64,000 nucleotides of DNA from an uncultured Actinomycetes bacterium (GCA_963725665.1 CAVRZA010000003.1:128001-192000); one strand, 5' to 3'; numbered from the stretch's first letter, positions 37,118 through 47,342 are shown. The notes: generated by a model not told the origin, from the sequence alone. Program-made: numbers and translations.

Positions 37118-37550
37118 GGTGGCGGCGGCGCCCGACGGCAGCGGAGGCGCCGTCTGGCCGGTCGCGCTGGGTGTGGGGCTGGGCCTGCTCGTGCAAGTCA
37201 GCGGCGTGATCCTCTCGTTCATCGTGCTCTACCTGGTGGTGCGCGCGGGGGTGCCGCAGTCGACCGTGACGGCGACACTGGTGCTCGGCCTGGTCGACCT
37301 GGCGGCGGGGTTCGTCGCCGGCGCCGTTGCTTACGAGATCGCTCGACGGCGCGCGGCCGTCGTCGCGACCGCCTTCGTGCCGCCGCTGATCGCGCTCGCT
37401 GTGCTCGCCTTCGGTATCGTCATCGGTCGTGGCACGGTGGACGCCCACGTGCTCGTGCTCGCTCCCTTCTCGCTTGCCCTGTCAGTGGTCGCCTACCTTG
37501 GTGGTCGCTCGTGGGAGAGGCGCATCCGTCGGACCCGGCCGGTAGAGTGA
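37104..37550 (+). CDS. Small integral membrane protein (4 TM), unknown function
   Basis: Hydrophobic part of ORF 36888..37550; likely start GTG 37104. Confidence 0.6.
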   Translation: MTTPEVAAAPDGSGGAVWPVALGVGLGLLVQVSGVILSFIVLYLVVRAGVPQSTVTATLVLGLVDLAAGFVAGAVAYEIARRRAAVVATAFVPPLIALAVLAFGIVIGRGTVDAHVLVLAPFSLALSVVAYLGGRSWERRIRRTRPVE

Positions 37551-37555
37551 CATCG

Positions 37556-40153
37556 ATGGACGAGCGAGTCCTTGCCGCCGCGCCGGTCGACCTGCGCCTC
37601 GCCCAGCGGCTGTCGGCCGAGCTGGGCGTGAGCCGCATCACCGGCGAGATCCTCGCGCGCCGCGGCTTCGGCGACGCCGCCGCCGCGCGCGCCTTCCTGC
37701 ACCCCGACTTCAAGCTGCACAGCCCGTACCTGCTGCCGGGTGTGGCCGAGGCCGCGGCGCGCATCGATCGCGCCCTCAAGCGCGGCGAGACGATCGCCGT
37801 GCACGGCGACTACGATGCTGACGGGGTCACGGCCACGTTCCTGCTCACCGAGGTCCTGCGCTCGCTGGGCGGCGAGGTCGTCTGGCACCTGCCCAACCGC
37901 TTCAGTGAGGGCTACGGGCTCTCGGCGCGCGCCGTCGAGGCCCTGGCCGAGCAGGGCGCGCGCCTCCTCGTCACGGTCGACTGCGGCGTCACGGCCGTCG
38001 CCGAGGTCGCCCGCGCCCGCGAGCTCGGTCTCGACGTGGTCGTCACAGACCACCACGAGCCCAAGGAGGAGCTTCCCGACTGCGTCGTGGTCGACCCGCG
38101 GCTGGGCGGGTATCCGTGTCCGCACCTCGCCGGGGTCGGTGTCGCCCTCAAGCTCGCCCACGCGCTCCTGCAGCAGCGCGGACCCGACCGTGTCGAGCTT
38201 CCACTCTCGCTGCGTCCCTACGTCGACCTGGTGGCCGTGGGCACCGTGGCCGACGTCGTGCCGCTCGTCGACGAGAACCGCGCTCTCGTGATGATGGGGC
38301 TCGGGAGGCTGCGGAGCGCGCCGCGGCCGGGTCTCGCCGCGCTGCTCGAAGTGAGCGGTGTCGCGCCCGCCGACGTCGAGTCCTCGACCCTCGGCTACCG
38401 CCTCGGGCCGCGCCTCAACGCCGCCGGGCGCCTCGACGACGCCTCGCTGGCCATGGAGCTGCTCGGCGCGACCGACCGCCAGACGGCGCTGCCCTTGGCA
38501 CTCAAGCTCAACGAGCTCAACGCGGCCCGGCAAGACATCGAGGCGGCGATGGCGGTTGAAGCCCTGGCTATGGTGCCCGACCCGCCGCCGCCGGCGCTCG
38601 TGCTGAGCTCGCCCGACTGGCACGAGGGTGTCGTGGGCATCGTCGCCTCGCGGCTGGTCGAGCAGGTCAACCGGCCCGCGATCCTCCTCAGCGAGAGTGA
38701 CGGAGAAGCGGCCGGTTCGGGACGCAGTATCCCCGGGTTCGACCTGCTCGCGGCGGTGACCGCCTGCTCGGCTCCCCTGCTCTCCTTCGGCGGCCACCGC
38801 GCCGCGTGCGGTCTTCGTCTGCGGCGCGACGACCTGCCGGCGTTTCGCGAGGCGTTCACCGCCTACGCCGGCGATCACCTCGCCGAGACCGATCTGGCGC
38901 GGCGCACGCGCATCGACGCCGTGGCCTGCGGCGACGAGCTCACGCTCGCAGTCGCCGACGAGCTCGAGCTGTTCGCGCCGCACGGCCTCGGCAACCCCCA
39001 GATCACGCTGCTCCTGCACGCCGCCGAGGTGCACGCGCGCGGCACGACGCGCAACGGGCGCCACCTGCAGAGCAGCGTGCGCTGCGACCAGGCCAGCTGC
39101 TCGGCGATCCACTTCGACTTCGCCGACAACGGCGGGCAGCCGGTGCCCGAGGCGCGCTACGACATCCCGCTGCTCCTGCGCAAGAACGCCTACGGGGGCA
39201 TGGTGAGCGCGCAGGTGCAGGTGAAGGGGCTCTTCAGGCTCGACGACGAGGCCCACGACCTCTGCCCGACCGCCTGCGACCTCGGCTGCCCCGAGCGGGT
39301 CTCGGGCGACGGATTCTGGCGCCTGCTCGACGAGCTGGCGGCGGATGAGGCGACACCCTTCGCGCCGGGGGGCGGGAGAGAGGCCGAGGCGGAGGACCGG
39401 GCGGCCGCGGCGATCGACGACCCGCGGGTCGTCGATCGCCGCGGCCGCCCGGTCCTCTCGACGCTCGCCGCGCTGTTGACGAGCGGTGAGCGCCTCCTGG
39501 TGCTGGTCGCCGACGTCGCTCGCCGCCGCCCGCTGCTGGCGCGCGATCTGTCCCTCGCGCACTTGCGCGCGACCGGTCTCTACCTCAACGCGTCCTGCCT
39601 GCCGCGGCGCCTGCCGCTGGCGTGTGGCGCCGCGGGCGAGTCTGCTCCCGACGTCGTCATGGCGAGCACGGCGACGGCCGCCGCCCACCCTGAGCTCGTG
39701 GCGGCCTTCAGCCATGTGGCCTTCGTCGACCCGCCGTTCTCGGCGGCGGCGCTCCACTCCGTGCTCGCCGCCGCCGGCGAGACCGCCTGCGTCCATGCGC
39801 TGTGGGGCCAGAATGAAGTACACTTCGCAGGCAAGGTCGCGTCTGGCGAGTACGACCTAGACGCGGAGCTACGCCGCGTCTACCGGGTGCTGAGCCAGGC
39901 CGACGGGCGACCGTTCGACGACGGCCTCGAGCGCGAGCTCGCGGCGCATGGTCGCTTCCTCGCCAAGCTGCCCACCTTGGCGGTGGCTCGCGCGACGCTT
40001 CTCGAGGCCGGTTTGGTGGTCTCGGAGGGGGGCAAGAACCGAGTGAGGAAGGTTGACGGCAAGGTCGATCTCACGACGTCGCCGACGTACCGCAGATGGC
40101 ACCGACGGCACACAAGCCAGTACCTGCAACGCTGCCTGACAGCGCGGATCTAG
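37556..40153 (+). CDS. recJ: Single-stranded DNA exonuclease RecJ with long C-terminal extension
   Basis: GDYDADG, EGYG, TVDCG, TDHH, GTVADV, PRLNAAGR, GGH. Confidence 0.95.
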   Translation: MDERVLAAAPVDLRLAQRLSAELGVSRITGEILARRGFGDAAAARAFLHPDFKLHSPYLLPGVAEAAARIDRALKRGETIAVHGDYDADGVTATFLLTEVLRSLGGEVVWHLPNRFSEGYGLSARAVEALAEQGARLLVTVDCGVTAVAEVARARELGLDVVVTDHHEPKEELPDCVVVDPRLGGYPCPHLAGVGVALKLAHALLQQRGPDRVELPLSLRPYVDLVAVGTVADVVPLVDENRALVMMGLGRLRSAPRPGLAALLEVSGVAPADVESSTLGYRLGPRLNAAGRLDDASLAMELLGATDRQTALPLALKLNELNAARQDIEAAMAVEALAMVPDPPPPALVLSSPDWHEGVVGIVASRLVEQVNRPAILLSESDGEAAGSGRSIPGFDLLAAVTACSAPLLSFGGHRAACGLRLRRDDLPAFREAFTAYAGDHLAETDLARRTRIDAVACGDELTLAVADELELFAPHGLGNPQITLLLHAAEVHARGTTRNGRHLQSSVRCDQASCSAIHFDFADNGGQPVPEARYDIPLLLRKNAYGGMVSAQVQVKGLFRLDDEAHDLCPTACDLGCPERVSGDGFWRLLDELAADEATPFAPGGGREAEAEDRAAAAIDDPRVVDRRGRPVLSTLAALLTSGERLLVLVADVARRRPLLARDLSLAHLRATGLYLNASCLPRRLPLACGAAGESAPDVVMASTATAAAHPELVAAFSHVAFVDPPFSAAALHSVLAAAGETACVHALWGQNEVHFAGKVASGEYDLDAELRRVYRVLSQADGRPFDDGLERELAAHGRFLAKLPTLAVARATLLEAGLVVSEGGKNRVRKVDGKVDLTTSPTYRRWHRRHTSQYLQRCLTARI
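39392..39457. repeat. Perfect 66-bp palindrome inside recJ
   Basis: 39392-39424 is the exact reverse complement of 39425-39457, no spacer. Confidence 0.95.
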
Positions 40154-42342
40154 GTTCGCTGCCCGAGGAGCAGCGCGTGCTCTACGACGGGCTCGTGGCG
40201 GCCATCTCGCGCCACGACCCGGGATTCAACCGCGACCTAGTCGAGCGCGCCTTCGTCGCCGCCTGCACGCTGCACAAGGACCAGAAGCGCAAGAGCGGCG
40301 AGCCGTTCATCAACCATCCCCTGGGCACGGCCATGCTGTGCGCCGATCTGCAGCTCGACGCGACGACCATCGCCGCGGCCCTCTTGCACGACGTCGTCGA
40401 AGACACCAGTACTCCCCTGTCGTGGATCGCGGAGCGCTTCGGCGACGAGATCGCGATGCTGGTCGACGGCGTCACCAAGCTCACCAAGATGAGCTTCAAC
40501 TCCCAAGAAGAGGAGCAGGCCGAGAACTACCGCAAGATGATCGTGGCGATGGCGAACGACATCCGCGTCATCCTCATCAAGCTCTGCGACCGTCTGCACA
40601 ACATGCACACGCTCTCCTATCTCAGCAAGCAGAAGCAGCTCCAGAAGGCCAAGGAGACGCTCGAGATCTACGCTCCGTTGGCGCACCGCCTGGGCATCTA
40701 CAGCATCAAGTGGCAGCTCGAGGACCTCGCCTTCGCCACCCTGCATCCGCGCAAGTACGCCGAGATCCAACAGATGGTCGCGCAGCGGCGGGCCGACCGC
40801 ATCGACTACGTCGACGAGGCGGCGCGGTTTCTCGAGGACGAGCTGGCGCACGTCGGCATCCACTCCGAGATAACCGGGCGCGCCAAGCACTTCTACTCGA
40901 TCTACGTGAAGATGAGTCGCCGCGGCAAGGAGTTCAACGAGATCTTCGATCTCACTGGCTTGCGCGTCCTGGTCGACTCGGTCAAGGACTGCTACGGGGC
41001 GGTGGGCATCACCCACGCCCTCTGGAAGCCCATCCCGGGGCGCTTCAAGGACTACGTCGCCATGCCCAAGTTCAACATGTACCAGTCGCTGCACACGACG
41101 GTCATCGGGACCGGCGGCAAACCGCTCGAGATCCAGATCCGTACCTTCGAGCAGCACCAAACGGCCGAGTACGGCGTCGCCGCCCACTGGCTCTACAAGG
41201 AGAAGGGCGACGGGCACGGCGTCGACAAGCTCGCCTGGCTGCGGCAGATGATGGAGTGGCAGTCAGAGACCGGCGATCCGCGCGAGTTCATGGACACCCT
41301 CAAGATCGACCTCTTCGAAGACGAGGTCTTCGTGTTCACGCCGAAGGGCGCGGTGAAGAACCTGCCCGCCGGCGCCACGCCGCTCGACTTCGCCTACGCC
41401 GTGCACACCGACGTCGGCAACCGCTGCGTCGGGTCCAAGGTCAACGGCCGCATCGTCCCCCTGCACCACAAGCTGCGCTCGGGAGACATCGTCGAGATCA
41501 TCACCTCGAAGTCGAGCAAAGGACCCTCGCGCGACTGGCTCGGCATCGTCGCATCGCCCCGCGCCAAGCAGAAGATCCGCCAGTACTTCCGCCGCGAGCA
41601 GCGCGAGGATTCAGAGCACTCCGGGCGAGACTTGCTGCAGGAGACGCTGCGCCGTGCCGGCGTGCCGGCGCAGAAGATCCTCTCCTCGGCCGAGTTCGCC
41701 ACCATCGCGAAAGAGGTGGGCTTCGCCAAGATCGACGACCTCTATGCCGCCATCGGCTCGGGGCGAGTGCCGGTGCGCACGGTCGTCAACAAGGTGCTGG
41801 GGCGCACGGGCACCATGAAGGAGGCCGTTCCCGAGGTCGACATGCTGCCCACGTCGACGGTGGCGCAGTCGCAGACCGCCGCCGTGTCGAGCGAGTTCGG
41901 CATCACGGTCGACGGGCTGCGCGACATCGTCGTGCGTATGGCCAAGTGCTGCAAGCCCATCCCCGGCGACGAGATCGTCGGCTACATCTCCCTGGGCAAG
42001 GGCGTCACCATCCATCGTGCCGACTGCGCGAACGCCCGGGCTCTCCTCAAGAACCGGGAGCGCTTCACCACGGTGAGCTGGGACGGCATCGGTGGGGTCG
42101 CCTTCCGCATCGAGATCCAGATCGAGGCCCTCGACCGCAGCCACTTGCTCGAGGACATCTCGCGCACGCTCTCCGATTCGGGCGTCAACATCATCAGCGC
42201 CGCCGTGCAGACGCTTCCCGACGGCGTCGTGCGCGACCGCTTCACGGTCGAGGTCGGCGACGTGCGCCAGCTCGACAACATCCTCGCCAACATCCGCGCC
42301 ATCCCCACCGTGTACGACGCCTACCGGCGGGTGGCCGGCTAG
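40096..42342 (+). CDS. relA: Bifunctional (p)ppGpp synthetase/hydrolase Rel
   Basis: HD motif LLHDVVED, DRLHNM, YQSLHT, EIQIRT, TGS and ACT domains. Confidence 0.96.
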   Translation: MAPTAHKPVPATLPDSADLGSLPEEQRVLYDGLVAAISRHDPGFNRDLVERAFVAACTLHKDQKRKSGEPFINHPLGTAMLCADLQLDATTIAAALLHDVVEDTSTPLSWIAERFGDEIAMLVDGVTKLTKMSFNSQEEEQAENYRKMIVAMANDIRVILIKLCDRLHNMHTLSYLSKQKQLQKAKETLEIYAPLAHRLGIYSIKWQLEDLAFATLHPRKYAEIQQMVAQRRADRIDYVDEAARFLEDELAHVGIHSEITGRAKHFYSIYVKMSRRGKEFNEIFDLTGLRVLVDSVKDCYGAVGITHALWKPIPGRFKDYVAMPKFNMYQSLHTTVIGTGGKPLEIQIRTFEQHQTAEYGVAAHWLYKEKGDGHGVDKLAWLRQMMEWQSETGDPREFMDTLKIDLFEDEVFVFTPKGAVKNLPAGATPLDFAYAVHTDVGNRCVGSKVNGRIVPLHHKLRSGDIVEIITSKSSKGPSRDWLGIVASPRAKQKIRQYFRREQREDSEHSGRDLLQETLRRAGVPAQKILSSAEFATIAKEVGFAKIDDLYAAIGSGRVPVRTVVNKVLGRTGTMKEAVPEVDMLPTSTVAQSQTAAVSSEFGITVDGLRDIVVRMAKCCKPIPGDEIVGYISLGKGVTIHRADCANARALLKNRERFTTVSWDGIGGVAFRIEIQIEALDRSHLLEDISRTLSDSGVNIISAAVQTLPDGVVRDRFTVEVGDVRQLDNILANIRAIPTVYDAYRRVAG

Positions 42343-42420
42343 GTCCGGGTCGACGGCCCCTCGGGCTGTTTGATACCGTAAGGCGTCGTTCGCTCCCCCG
42401 GCTCTTCGGCTGGTGAGTCC

Positions 42421-43068
42421 TTGGCTGAACCGTTCGAACTGGCAGCGCTCACACTGGGGCCCCTCGGGGCCAATTGCTTCATCTTGGCCGCCGAAGGGGC
42501 CGCGCTGATCTTCGATCCCGGCGACGAGGCCGAACAGGTGGTGGCCGCCCTCGATGCTCTCGGGGCCCAGCCACGCGCCATCCTTCTCACACACGGCCAC
42601 TTCGACCACTTCGGCGCCGTCGCTCCGCTGGCCGATCGCTACGGGTTGCCGGTCCACGTCGGTGCCGCCGACGCCGGCTTGCTCGACGGCTCCGGTCTAG
42701 GCGCGCTCGCCGGTTTTGAGGTGCAAGCCGTGAGCGATCCCATCCTTCTGTCGGGAGAGCAGGAGCTTGACCTGATCGTGCCCGTCACCGCCCTGCCCAC
42801 GCCGGGGCACTCGAAGGGGTCCTATACGTTCGCCGTCGACGGCCACCTGTTCGTCGGCGACCTGCTCTTCTTCGGCAGCGTGGGGCGCACCGATCTGCCC
42901 GGAGGCTCGTCCGACGAGCTCCTCAACTCCATAGCAGAGCTGGTGCGGCGGTTCCCGCCCGACACCCAGGTGCACTGCGGGCACGGCCCCGACACCTCGC
43001 TGGGACGCGAGCTCGCCCTCAACCCGTTCCTCTCGCCGCTGCGCTACGATCCCGGACACCGCTGGTGA
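42421..43068 (+). CDS. MBL-fold metallo-hydrolase (glyoxalase II-like)
   Basis: THGHFDH, TPGHS, GD.LF..SVGRTDL, GHG. Confidence 0.9.
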   Translation: MAEPFELAALTLGPLGANCFILAAEGAALIFDPGDEAEQVVAALDALGAQPRAILLTHGHFDHFGAVAPLADRYGLPVHVGAADAGLLDGSGLGALAGFEVQAVSDPILLSGEQELDLIVPVTALPTPGHSKGSYTFAVDGHLFVGDLLFFGSVGRTDLPGGSSDELLNSIAELVRRFPPDTQVHCGHGPDTSLGRELALNPFLSPLRYDPGHRW

Positions 43069-43105
43069 AGGGCGGCGTGCCACCTCGTTGCGGCAGAAGG
43101 ACCCG

Positions 43106-44479
43106 ATGAGCACGCCACAGGCGCCCAAGGGCACCTACGACCTGCTGCCCGGCGAGGCCGCGGAGCGCGACGATATCGTCGCCGCAGCGGTGCGCGTGTT
43201 CGAGGCCTACGGCTACCGCCATATCGTCACCCCAGAGTTCGAAGACACGGCGCTCTTCGAGCGCGGGGTGGGCGAGGCGACGGATATTGTGCGCAAGGAG
43301 ATGTATACCTTCCCCGACAAGGGTGGACGTCTCCTGACCCTGCGGCCGGAGGGCACGGCGCCGGTCTGCCGGGCCTACATCGAGCATGGCATGCACAAGT
43401 GGCCGCAACCGGTGAAGCTCTGGTACCACGCGCCGATGTTCCGCTACGAGCGCCCACAGGCGGGGCGCTACCGGGAGCACTACCAGATCGGCGCCGAGTC
43501 GATAGGCTCGGCTGAACCCGCGGTCGACGCCGAGGTGGTGGCTCTCCTGGGCCAGATCCTCGGCGAGGTGGGGCTCGACCGGGTGCGCCTGGTCATCAAC
43601 AGCATGGGAGACAGGACGTGCCGACCGGCCTACGGTGAGCTGTTGCGCGGCTACCTGCACGCGCACGAGGACGAGCTGTGCGCCGACTGCCGCGTGCGCA
43701 TCGAGCTCAACCCCTTGCGCACCTTCGACTGCAAGGAGGAGGGCTGTCGCGCCGTGATGGCTCGCGCTCCGCGCCTGATCGACCACCTGTGTGCGGCCTG
43801 CCGCGAGCACTTCGAGCGGGTGCTGAGCCTGCTGCGCGCCGTCGGTCTCGAGCCCGACATCGACACCAGTCTCGTGCGGGGGCTCGACTACTACACACGC
43901 ACGACATTCGAGTTCCAGTCGCTCGCCCTCGAGTCGGCGCAGAACGCCGTCGGCGGCGGCGGCCGCTACGACGGGCTCATCGAGCAGCTCGGCGGATCGC
44001 CGACACCGGGGTGCGGCTTCGGCAGCGGCCTCGAGCGCATCGCCCTCGCCCGGCGCCGCTCGACGGCCGCCGGGGCACAGGCGCCGGTGTATGTGGTGAG
44101 CTTCGCCGACGAGGCGCGCGGCGAGGCGTTCGCGCTCGCCCAGAGCTTGCGTGGCGGGGGCTTGCCGGGGGCCGAGCTCGACCTGGCCGGCCGCAGCGTG
44201 AAGGGGCAGTTCAAGCAGGCAGCACGCCTCGGCGCCCGCCTCGCCGTGCTCGTCGGCCTCGAGGAGCTGGGCGAGGGCGAGGTGAGGGTGCGCGACCTGG
44301 CCGGCGGCGCAGAGCGCGACTGCCAGGTCGCGCAGCTGCCGGTGGTCGTGGGCGAGCTGTTGGCCGGCGCCGCCAAGGGGCCGTCGACCGTCGCCGGCGA
44401 TGCCGACGACGCTGCGGGGCGGAGCGACGATGCCTCCGCAGGGGACGACGACTCCGGGCGTCCGGGAGAGGCGAGCTAG
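43106..44479 (+). CDS. hisS: Histidine-tRNA ligase
   Basis: [33 protein letters not shown]. Confidence 0.97.
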   Translation: MSTPQAPKGTYDLLPGEAAERDDIVAAAVRVFEAYGYRHIVTPEFEDTALFERGVGEATDIVRKEMYTFPDKGGRLLTLRPEGTAPVCRAYIEHGMHKWPQPVKLWYHAPMFRYERPQAGRYREHYQIGAESIGSAEPAVDAEVVALLGQILGEVGLDRVRLVINSMGDRTCRPAYGELLRGYLHAHEDELCADCRVRIELNPLRTFDCKEEGCRAVMARAPRLIDHLCAACREHFERVLSLLRAVGLEPDIDTSLVRGLDYYTRTTFEFQSLALESAQNAVGGGGRYDGLIEQLGGSPTPGCGFGSGLERIALARRRSTAAGAQAPVYVVSFADEARGEAFALAQSLRGGGLPGAELDLAGRSVKGQFKQAARLGARLAVLVGLEELGEGEVRVRDLAGGAERDCQVAQLPVVVGELLAGAAKGPSTVAGDADDAAGRSDDASAGDDDSGRPGEAS

Positions 44480-44481
44480 AC

Positions 44482-46245
44482 ATGCGTCGCGATGCCGCTC
44501 CTGGCGCGCTGCGCCTCGCCGATGTCGGACGCACGGTGACGCTCGCCGGTTGGGTCGCGCGACGGCGCGACCACGGCAACCTGATCTTTGTCGACCTACG
44601 CGACCGCAGCGGTCTCGCGCAGCTGGTGTTCAACCCGGCACTCGCCCCAGAGGCGCACCATCTTGCCGAGGCGATGCGTCCCGAGTTCGTGGTCGAGGTT
44701 CGCGGCGAGGTCGTGGCGCGTAGCGACGAGACGGTCAACCCGAGCCTGCCGACAGGTGAGGTCGAGGTCGCGGTCGGCGAGGCGGCAGTGCTCAGCCGCG
44801 CCAAGACGCCGCCCTTCACCGTCGAGACCGGCGAGGGGCCCGAGGTCGACGAGACGTTGCGCCTCAAGTACCGCTACCTCGACCTGCGCCGACCGCCCAT
44901 GCTGGCCAACATCGAGCTGCGTCACAGCGCCGCGCAGGCAGCCCGCCGCTACCTCGACGAGCAGGGGTTCCTCGAAGTTGAGACGCCCATGCTGACTAGG
45001 TCGTCCCCCGAGGGGGCGCGTGACTTCCTCGTACCCTTGAGCCTGCAGCCGCGCACCTTTTACGCGCTGCCGCAGTCGCCGCAGATGTTCAAGCAGATCC
45101 TCATGATGGCCGGCGTCGACCGCTACTTCCAGCTGGCGCGCTGCTTCCGCGACGAGGACCTGCGCGCCGACCGCCAGTTCGAGCACACGCAGATCGACGT
45201 GGAGATGAGCTTCATGGACGCGCCGGCGATCAGAGAGCTCCTCGAGGGCCTCATGGCGGCGATCTGGAGTGCTGTTGGGGAGGAGGCGTTGCCGCTGCCG
45301 CTGCCCGTGCTCACCTACGACGAGGCCATGCTGCGCTACGGCTCCGACAAGCCCGACCTGCGCTTCGGCCTCGAGATCGCCGACCTGGGTGACGTCTTCG
45401 CCGAGAGCGGTTTCCAGGTCTTTCGCGGCGCGCTCGAGGGCGGCGGCGTGGTGCGCGCGCTGCGCGCGCCGGGCGCCGCCGCCCTCTCCCGCGCCCAGAT
45501 CGACGATCTCACCGAGGTGGCCAAGGCGCACGGCGCCAAGGGCATGGCCTACGTCTACGTCGAGGAGGGGCGCGCGCTGCGCGGCCCCATCGTCAAGTTC
45601 CTCTCCGAGGCCGAGCAGCGCATGCTCGTCGAGCGCACGGGCGCCGAGCACGGCGACCTCGTCGTGTTCGCCGCCGACCAGGCTGCGGTTGCGGCCGCCG
45701 TGCTCGGCGCCCTGCGCGCCGATCTCATCGCTCGCCTGGCCCTCGACCCCGAGCGACGCTGGGCGATGCTCTGGGTCGTCGAGTTCCCGCTCTTCGAGCT
45801 CGACACCGAGACGGGCGCACTCACCTACGGGCACAATCCCTTCAGTCTGCCCACGTCTGAAACGGTGCAGCACCTCGAGAGCGAGCCGCTGCGGGTGCGC
45901 GGTGCGCAGTACGATCTGGTCCTCAACGGTGTCGAGCTGGGCTCGGGCTCGTTGCGCAACCACGACGCCGACCTGCAACGGCGCATCCTTCACGGTCTCG
46001 GCTACAACGAAGAGCGCGTCGCTGAGGCCTTCGGCTGGTTTCTCGAGGCGCTGGAGCACGGCACGCCGCCCCACGGCGGCATCGGCCTCGGCTTCGACCG
46101 CATAATCATGCTGCTCGCCGGGGAGTCGTCGATCCGCGACGTCATCGCCTTTCCCAAGACGGCGTCGGGCTCAGACCCCATGACCGGCGCACCGTCGCCC
46201 GTCACCCCCGAGCAGCTCCGCGAGCTGCACCTGCGCCTTCAGTAG
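44482..46245 (+). CDS. aspS: Aspartate-tRNA ligase (RDHG, likely non-discriminating Asp/Asn)
   Basis: [44 protein letters not shown]. Confidence 0.96.
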   Translation: MRRDAAPGALRLADVGRTVTLAGWVARRRDHGNLIFVDLRDRSGLAQLVFNPALAPEAHHLAEAMRPEFVVEVRGEVVARSDETVNPSLPTGEVEVAVGEAAVLSRAKTPPFTVETGEGPEVDETLRLKYRYLDLRRPPMLANIELRHSAAQAARRYLDEQGFLEVETPMLTRSSPEGARDFLVPLSLQPRTFYALPQSPQMFKQILMMAGVDRYFQLARCFRDEDLRADRQFEHTQIDVEMSFMDAPAIRELLEGLMAAIWSAVGEEALPLPLPVLTYDEAMLRYGSDKPDLRFGLEIADLGDVFAESGFQVFRGALEGGGVVRALRAPGAAALSRAQIDDLTEVAKAHGAKGMAYVYVEEGRALRGPIVKFLSEAEQRMLVERTGAEHGDLVVFAADQAAVAAAVLGALRADLIARLALDPERRWAMLWVVEFPLFELDTETGALTYGHNPFSLPTSETVQHLESEPLRVRGAQYDLVLNGVELGSGSLRNHDADLQRRILHGLGYNEERVAEAFGWFLEALEHGTPPHGGIGLGFDRIIMLLAGESSIRDVIAFPKTASGSDPMTGAPSPVTPEQLRELHLRLQ

Positions 46246-46390
46246 CCGCAGGTGGCGTCTCCAGCGCCGGCGGCGGCCTCCTTGGGCGTCGATCAGCCGC
46301 CGCCGGGGACGGCCCCGCCGCGCGGGGCGGTGGCCTGCTCACGGCGTTCTGCCGTCGCGACGGAGACCTACGCCGGCCTACGCTCGATGC

Positions 46391-46417
46391 TCAAGCTTTC
46401 GCGGCGCATGCCGACAA
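46391..46417 (+). promoter_or_regulatory. sigma28/WhiG-like promoter upstream of the 6S RNA locus
   Basis: TCAAG-N14-GCCGACAA, intergenic. Confidence 0.55.
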
Positions 46418-46420
46418 CCT

Positions 46421-46449
46421 TTGTCGGACCTGTCAACCTTTGCTACCCT
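46421..46449 (+). promoter_or_regulatory. sigmaA-type promoter for 6S RNA
   Basis: TTGTCG-N17-TACCCT with TG extension, just before the RNA 5' stem. Confidence 0.6.
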
Positions 46450-46451
46450 GT

Positions 46452-46608
46452 GGGTAGCTCGACCTTGTTCGTGATCTGCCGGGCTTAAATGAGCCAACAC
46501 TTAAGCCTAGGGAGTCCGGACTTCGCTAGGTCCGTGGACCGGCGAGAGGACACCCACCTGCATAGTCAGGTTCATTACAACGGCGGACACGGCAAGGTGG
46601 AGCCTTTC
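46452..46608 (+). ncRNA. ssrS: 6S RNA
   Basis: Ends pair into a long stem (GCTC/GAGC, ACCTTG/CAAGGT, TCTGCCG/CGGCGGA), AT-rich central bubble, ATGAGCC/GGTTCAT inner stem, GGGAG...CACCCACCTG elements; downstream of aspS as for B. subtilis 6S-2. Confidence 0.8.
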
Positions 46609-46623
46609 TCTTTGGAGGCGTAG

Positions 46624-47163
46624 ATGGGAGCGCTAGCCGAGTACAAGTCCTTCGTCACGAAGGCCGCCCTGATCTGCCTGGGAGGGCTGCTGATCATGGG
46701 CCTCTTCACGGTCTGCCTCGTGTGGGCGCAGACCTCCACGACGTCGCCGGCCATGCTCATCAACGAAGGCGGCGGCACCTACAACGCCGCCGGCAGCTAC
46801 GGCACCACCGGCATGGCGCCGCTCACCGTCAAGCCGACCGAGGAGACGCCGAAGTACGTCAGCAACGCGCTCAAGGCGCAGCGCGGTGTGGTGCTCCTGG
46901 TCTACTTGAAGGACGCGACTGACGATCAGGAGATGGTCTCCAACTTCGAGGCGGTCAAGGCCAAGTACGCGGCGCAGGCATCGTTCTTCAACTTCGAGGC
47001 GAAGTCTGTGTCGATGACGGGCGACCTTCTCGAGCAGCTGAAGATCGTCGCGCCGCCGGCGCTCGCCGTCATCAGCCCTGACGGCAAGGTCTACCAGGAG
47101 TACACCGGCTGGATCGACCGCGCCGTGATGGAGCAGGTCGTGGCCAACGCCGTGCGCCAGTAG
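46624..47163 (+). CDS. Membrane-anchored hypothetical protein, possible thioredoxin-like fold without CxxC
   Basis: SD GGAGG, strong GC3 bias, N-terminal TM, P.LAVI.PDG......G.ID tail. Confidence 0.7.
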   Translation: MGALAEYKSFVTKAALICLGGLLIMGLFTVCLVWAQTSTTSPAMLINEGGGTYNAAGSYGTTGMAPLTVKPTEETPKYVSNALKAQRGVVLLVYLKDATDDQEMVSNFEAVKAKYAAQASFFNFEAKSVSMTGDLLEQLKIVAPPALAVISPDGKVYQEYTGWIDRAVMEQVVANAVRQ

Positions 47164-47236
47164 CGGAGAGGCAGGCAGAGAGACAGGTCACTACGAGCCG
47201 GCGCCCATCGGCCGGCTGTTAGAGAGATGGTCCATC

Positions 47237-47270
47237 GACGGGCGGCCCCGCGGGAGCGGGGCCGCCCGTC
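47237..47270 (+). terminator. Intrinsic terminator-like hairpin
   Basis: Perfect 15-bp GC stem with GGGA loop followed by TCGCGTTCT. Confidence 0.7.
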
Positions 47271-47342
47271 TCGCGTTCTGAGCGAGGCCGACCGCCGCGT
47301 CCGGAGCCGGGGGGGCGCCTGTCGCGGTGGGCCGGCCCCTCA

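Noticed and set aside
43678-44481. Long N-terminal extensions in the ORF track (aspS 855 aa, alaS 1041 aa, oppD 631 aa, iscS 536 aa)
   Set aside because: Open-frame run-ons overlapping the upstream gene; homology starts at downstream start codons
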